From: an uncultured Chloroflexia bacterium
GTDB lineage: Bacteria; Chloroflexota; Limnocylindria; Limnocylindrales; CSP1-4
NCBI GenBank assembly: GCA_963750125.1
Contig: CAVVPT010000007.1
Span: 37,053 to 101,052 of the forward strand
Direction: 5' to 3'
DNA: 64,000 nucleotides
The notes under the pieces were generated by a model. The model made no database searches. It was not told the origin of the DNA and saw only the letters and a program-made list of their open reading frames with translations. The translations under genes and the position numbers were made by a program. Below, in pieces: positions 61,293 through 64,000 of this stretch. The stretch's first letter is position 1. Every line of letters starts with the position of its first letter.

Positions 61293-62261
61293 ATGACCAG
61301 GCTTCGCATGCTTGGAATGGCCGCCGCATGGGTTGGCCTCGCGCTGCTGGTGTCGGCCGGTGCCGCCGGCCTGGTGGTCGGTATGGATCACATTCCCGGG
61401 ACCGCGGCGCGTGCCGAGCTGACGGCCTCGGCCGATGCCGAGGCAACCGCCCAGCTCGACCGGGCGCAGGTCCAGTTCGCGGCACTCGCCGACGACGTCG
61501 ATGCGCTCGGCGTCCACGCGCGGGCTGCACTCGCGAGCCTCGCCGGCCAGGACCTCGAGACCGTGCAGACGTCCGTCGACGAGGGAGCCGTACTGGTTGC
61601 CGGGATCCGTGATCACACGCGGCAGCTCCAGGCCGAGCTCCGGGCGGTCCCCGGCGTCACCGGCCCCGAGTCCGCTGTGACGACCTCGGCCGCGGTCCGC
61701 GATCGGCACGCCGCGCTGCTCGAAGCGCTCGAGGTGACCGAAGGCCTCGACGACGCATGGGTCAACCTCACGACCGGGTCGCTTGCCGCCGCGCGATTGT
61801 CGAGGCTGCTCGCCGACCACGACCGGATCATGGGTGAGGCGGTCCTCGTCGGCAGGGCCGGCGGCTACGACGAGGCCATCGCGAAGATCGGCGAGGCGGC
61901 CGCGCTTCTCGTGGAAGCCGACACGATGCGCGCCCAGCTCGCAAACACCGTCGACGTCTCGACCCTCGCCGAGTGGATCAGGCGCAATCGGACGTACGAG
62001 GAGGCGCTCGGCGACCTGTACAGGGCCGTGGACGCGTCGGGCGGGACCCAGACGGCCGCGGTCCGCGACGCGATCGCCGCCGAACGCGAGGCGCGCCGCG
62101 ATCTGCCGCAGGACACGCGCGGCCTGGTCGTGATCATGGCCGAGATCGGGCGGGGCGGCCTCAACGGGGCCGTCATCACGATCGAGGAGGCGCGCGGCCG
62201 GCTGGCCGACGCCGTCGAGGACCTGACCGCGCCATCGCCGTCGGTGGCGCCGGTGCCCTGA
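61293..62261 (+). CDS. membrane-anchored helical protein, function unknown
   Basis: The internal ATG at 61293 gives an N-terminal TM helix (MLGMAAAWVGLALLVSAGAAGLVV) followed by an Ala/Glu/Arg-rich helical region. Confidence 0.5.
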   Translation: MTRLRMLGMAAAWVGLALLVSAGAAGLVVGMDHIPGTAARAELTASADAEATAQLDRAQVQFAALADDVDALGVHARAALASLAGQDLETVQTSVDEGAVLVAGIRDHTRQLQAELRAVPGVTGPESAVTTSAAVRDRHAALLEALEVTEGLDDAWVNLTTGSLAAARLSRLLADHDRIMGEAVLVGRAGGYDEAIAKIGEAAALLVEADTMRAQLANTVDVSTLAEWIRRNRTYEEALGDLYRAVDASGGTQTAAVRDAIAAEREARRDLPQDTRGLVVIMAEIGRGGLNGAVITIEEARGRLADAVEDLTAPSPSVAPVP

Positions 62262-62377
62262 CGCTGCCCTGCCGGCCGCGATCGGACCCCTGACGGAGTG
62301 ACCGTTACACTGCGGTCCAATCCAGCAGACCGGGCGCCCGTCGTGTCGCGCCTGCCCTCAGGGAGGACCCTCACGTC

Positions 62378-63890
62378 ATGCAAGTCCGCGTGGTTGCCGA
62401 CCAGCCCTGGGACGTCCAGGCCGATGTCCTCGTGGTCCCGTACGTCGGCGAACCCGCGTTCAGCGGCCCGGTCGACGAGATCGACCGCCGAAGCGGTGGG
62501 GAGCTCCGGGAGCTCGCCACGTTCCGCGAGCTGCGCAAGAAGCGCTTCGGCACGGCGCTCGCGGCGGCGGGCGAGCTGCCGGTCAGGCGGATCGTGACGG
62601 TTGCGGCGGGTGACGCCGCGTCGATTGATCGCGAGGTCGTGGTACGGATCGCGGCTGCCGCCGAGCGCCGGCTCGGCGGACGCGAGGTCCGCCGGGTCGC
62701 GTTCTGGCTGACGCCGCTCGCCGATGTTCTCGAGGGCGGCATCGCGGCCGTGGCCGAGCTCGTGGCCCGCGGCATTGTCGAGGGTTCGTACGAACCGCAC
62801 TTGATCTATCGCGAGAAGGTCGAGCACGCGCCACCGATCCTCGACGAGCTGATCCTCGTGGCCGAGGGCGCCGACGTCGGCGCGCTCGCCAGGGCAGCGG
62901 AGCGCGGACAGATCATCGGGGAAGGCGCCAATGAGACGCGCGACCTTTCGAACCGGGCGGCCAACGATGTCTCGCCGGAGGTCCTCGCCGAGGAGGCGCG
63001 GGCAATTGCCGAGCAGCACGACCTGTGGATCGACGTCATCGAGCCCGAGCGCGCAACCGACCTGGGCATGGGCATGTTCATGGCGGTCGGGCGAGGCAGC
63101 GACAACCCGCCGCGGATGATCGTGATGCGGTCGGGCGGGGAAGGGGAGAAGGACGCGCTGGGCCGCCATCTCGCCATCGTCGGCAAGGGCGTCTGCTTCG
63201 AATTCCGGCGGCATCTCCATCAAGCCCTCCGACCGGATGGAGGAGATGAAGACGGACAAGACAGGGGCATGCACGGTGCTTGTTGCGGCCAAGACCGTCG
63301 CCCGCCTGGCGCCCGGCACGCCACTGCTGGTGGTCGCACCCGCGGTCGAGAACATGCCCGGCCCGCACTCGACGCGGCCGGGTGACATCGTGACTGCCCT
63401 CAACGGCAAGAAGGTGGACATCACCAACACGGACGCCGAGGGCCGCCTGATCCTCGGCGACGCGATGACCTATGCGGAGCAGCTCGGCGCGACTCACCTG
63501 GTCGACACGGCGACGCTGACAGGCGCGGTCGGGCGAGCCCTCGGGCACCTGGTGACGGGCGCGTTCGGCCAGCCGCAGGCGTTCTACGACGACGTGATGG
63601 CCGCGGCGGAGCGCGCGGGTGAGCGCTACTGGCAGCTCCCGCTGATCGAGGACTACGTCACGGACATGGACAGCTGGTATGGCGATCTCCAGAACTCGGG
63701 GTCGGCGGAGGGCTCGCTCGTCAAGAGCGGGCTGTTCCTGCGCGAGTTCGTCACGCGACCGTGGGTCCACCTCGATATCGCCGGCACCGGCTATCTGCGC
63801 AAGGCGACGCAGTGGGCGCCCCGTGGCGCCACCGGCGTCTCGCACGCGACGCTCGTCGAGCTGGCCCTCGCCGGCGCCCGGCCGAGCTAG
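62378..63890 (+). pseudogene. pepA: leucyl aminopeptidase (M17), single-base frameshift at about 63201
   Basis: The N-terminal and catalytic parts are in two frames. Removing one A from GAATTCC (63200-63206) restores GKGVCFDSGGISIKP. NTDAEGRL lies downstream. Confidence 0.85.
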
Positions 63891-63920
63891 CACCCGCGCG
63901 ACGCGTCAGCCCGGCGCCGC

Positions 63921-64000
63921 GTGGACCTCGACTCACCGGCCGTCGCGGTTCTCGCCGGCGTCGCCGGCGCGCTCCTCGGCCTCGCCGCCGATCGCCTCGC
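63921..64000 (+). CDS. possible start of a membrane protein (runs off the right edge)
   Basis: The GTG at 63921 opens VDLDSPAVAVLAGVAGALLGLAADRL with no stop before the window ends. Only 26 codons are visible. Confidence 0.2.
   Translation, partial: MDLDSPAVAVLAGVAGALLGLAADRL

Overview
GC-rich bacterial chromosomal segment (by eye at least two-thirds G+C, with very high GC3 in real genes). Gene content looks Actinobacteria- or Chloroflexi-like. I recognised no rRNA, tRNA, CRISPR array, transposase or integrase. About 55 protein genes can be supported. From left to right they are:
- a DEAD-box helicase N-terminus running off the left edge
- two divergent CPBP intramembrane proteases plus unknown membrane proteins
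- an intact class III cyclase-STAND ATPase-TPR protein
- an ECF sigma factor translationally coupled to a Kelch-propeller membrane protein
- class II (B12) ribonucleotide reductase nrdJ, with a 600 bp control region
- a CUT1 sugar ABC operon with a LacI regulator and a frameshifted GH3 beta-glucosidase
- an arrestin-like protein and a three-domain cupredoxin
- a Liv-type ABC / amidohydrolase / bicupin / SDR operon, divergent from an M24 / E1 alpha-beta / dehydrogenase / amidohydrolase operon
- a polar amino-acid ABC operon
- a long minus-strand run: haloacid dehalogenase, acyl-CoA synthetase, MFS transporter, ptsI, ccsA, a zinc-ribbon membrane protein, a lipoprotein, a NYN nuclease, a transporter-HEAT-cNMP protein and a second cyclase-STAND-TPR gene
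- HAD-IIA hydrolase, META lipoprotein, adenosine deaminase and leucyl aminopeptidase.

Most noteworthy observations:
1. An overlapping-codon operon links a cyclase-STAND-TPR sensor, a 12-TM transporter-like/HEAT/cNMP-binding protein and a YacP-type NYN nuclease.
2. Upstream of nrdJ, a helically phased array of six DnaA-box-like 9-mers sits next to tandem NrdR-like boxes.
3. Two paralogous XRE-HTH::PD-(D/E)xK nuclease-like genes bracket about 10 kb.
4. A roughly 200 bp structured repeat, built from four copies of GTGGGAAT(C/T)TGGCC, occurs in two convergent intergenic regions.
5. Single-base frameshifts are strikingly non-random: at least 16 in 24.9-35 kb, 3 in the GH3 gene and at least 4 in the second cyclase gene, while neighbouring long genes are intact. 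I cannot distinguish real gene decay from local assembly error without reads.

All family assignments rest on motifs read from the translations. No database search was possible.
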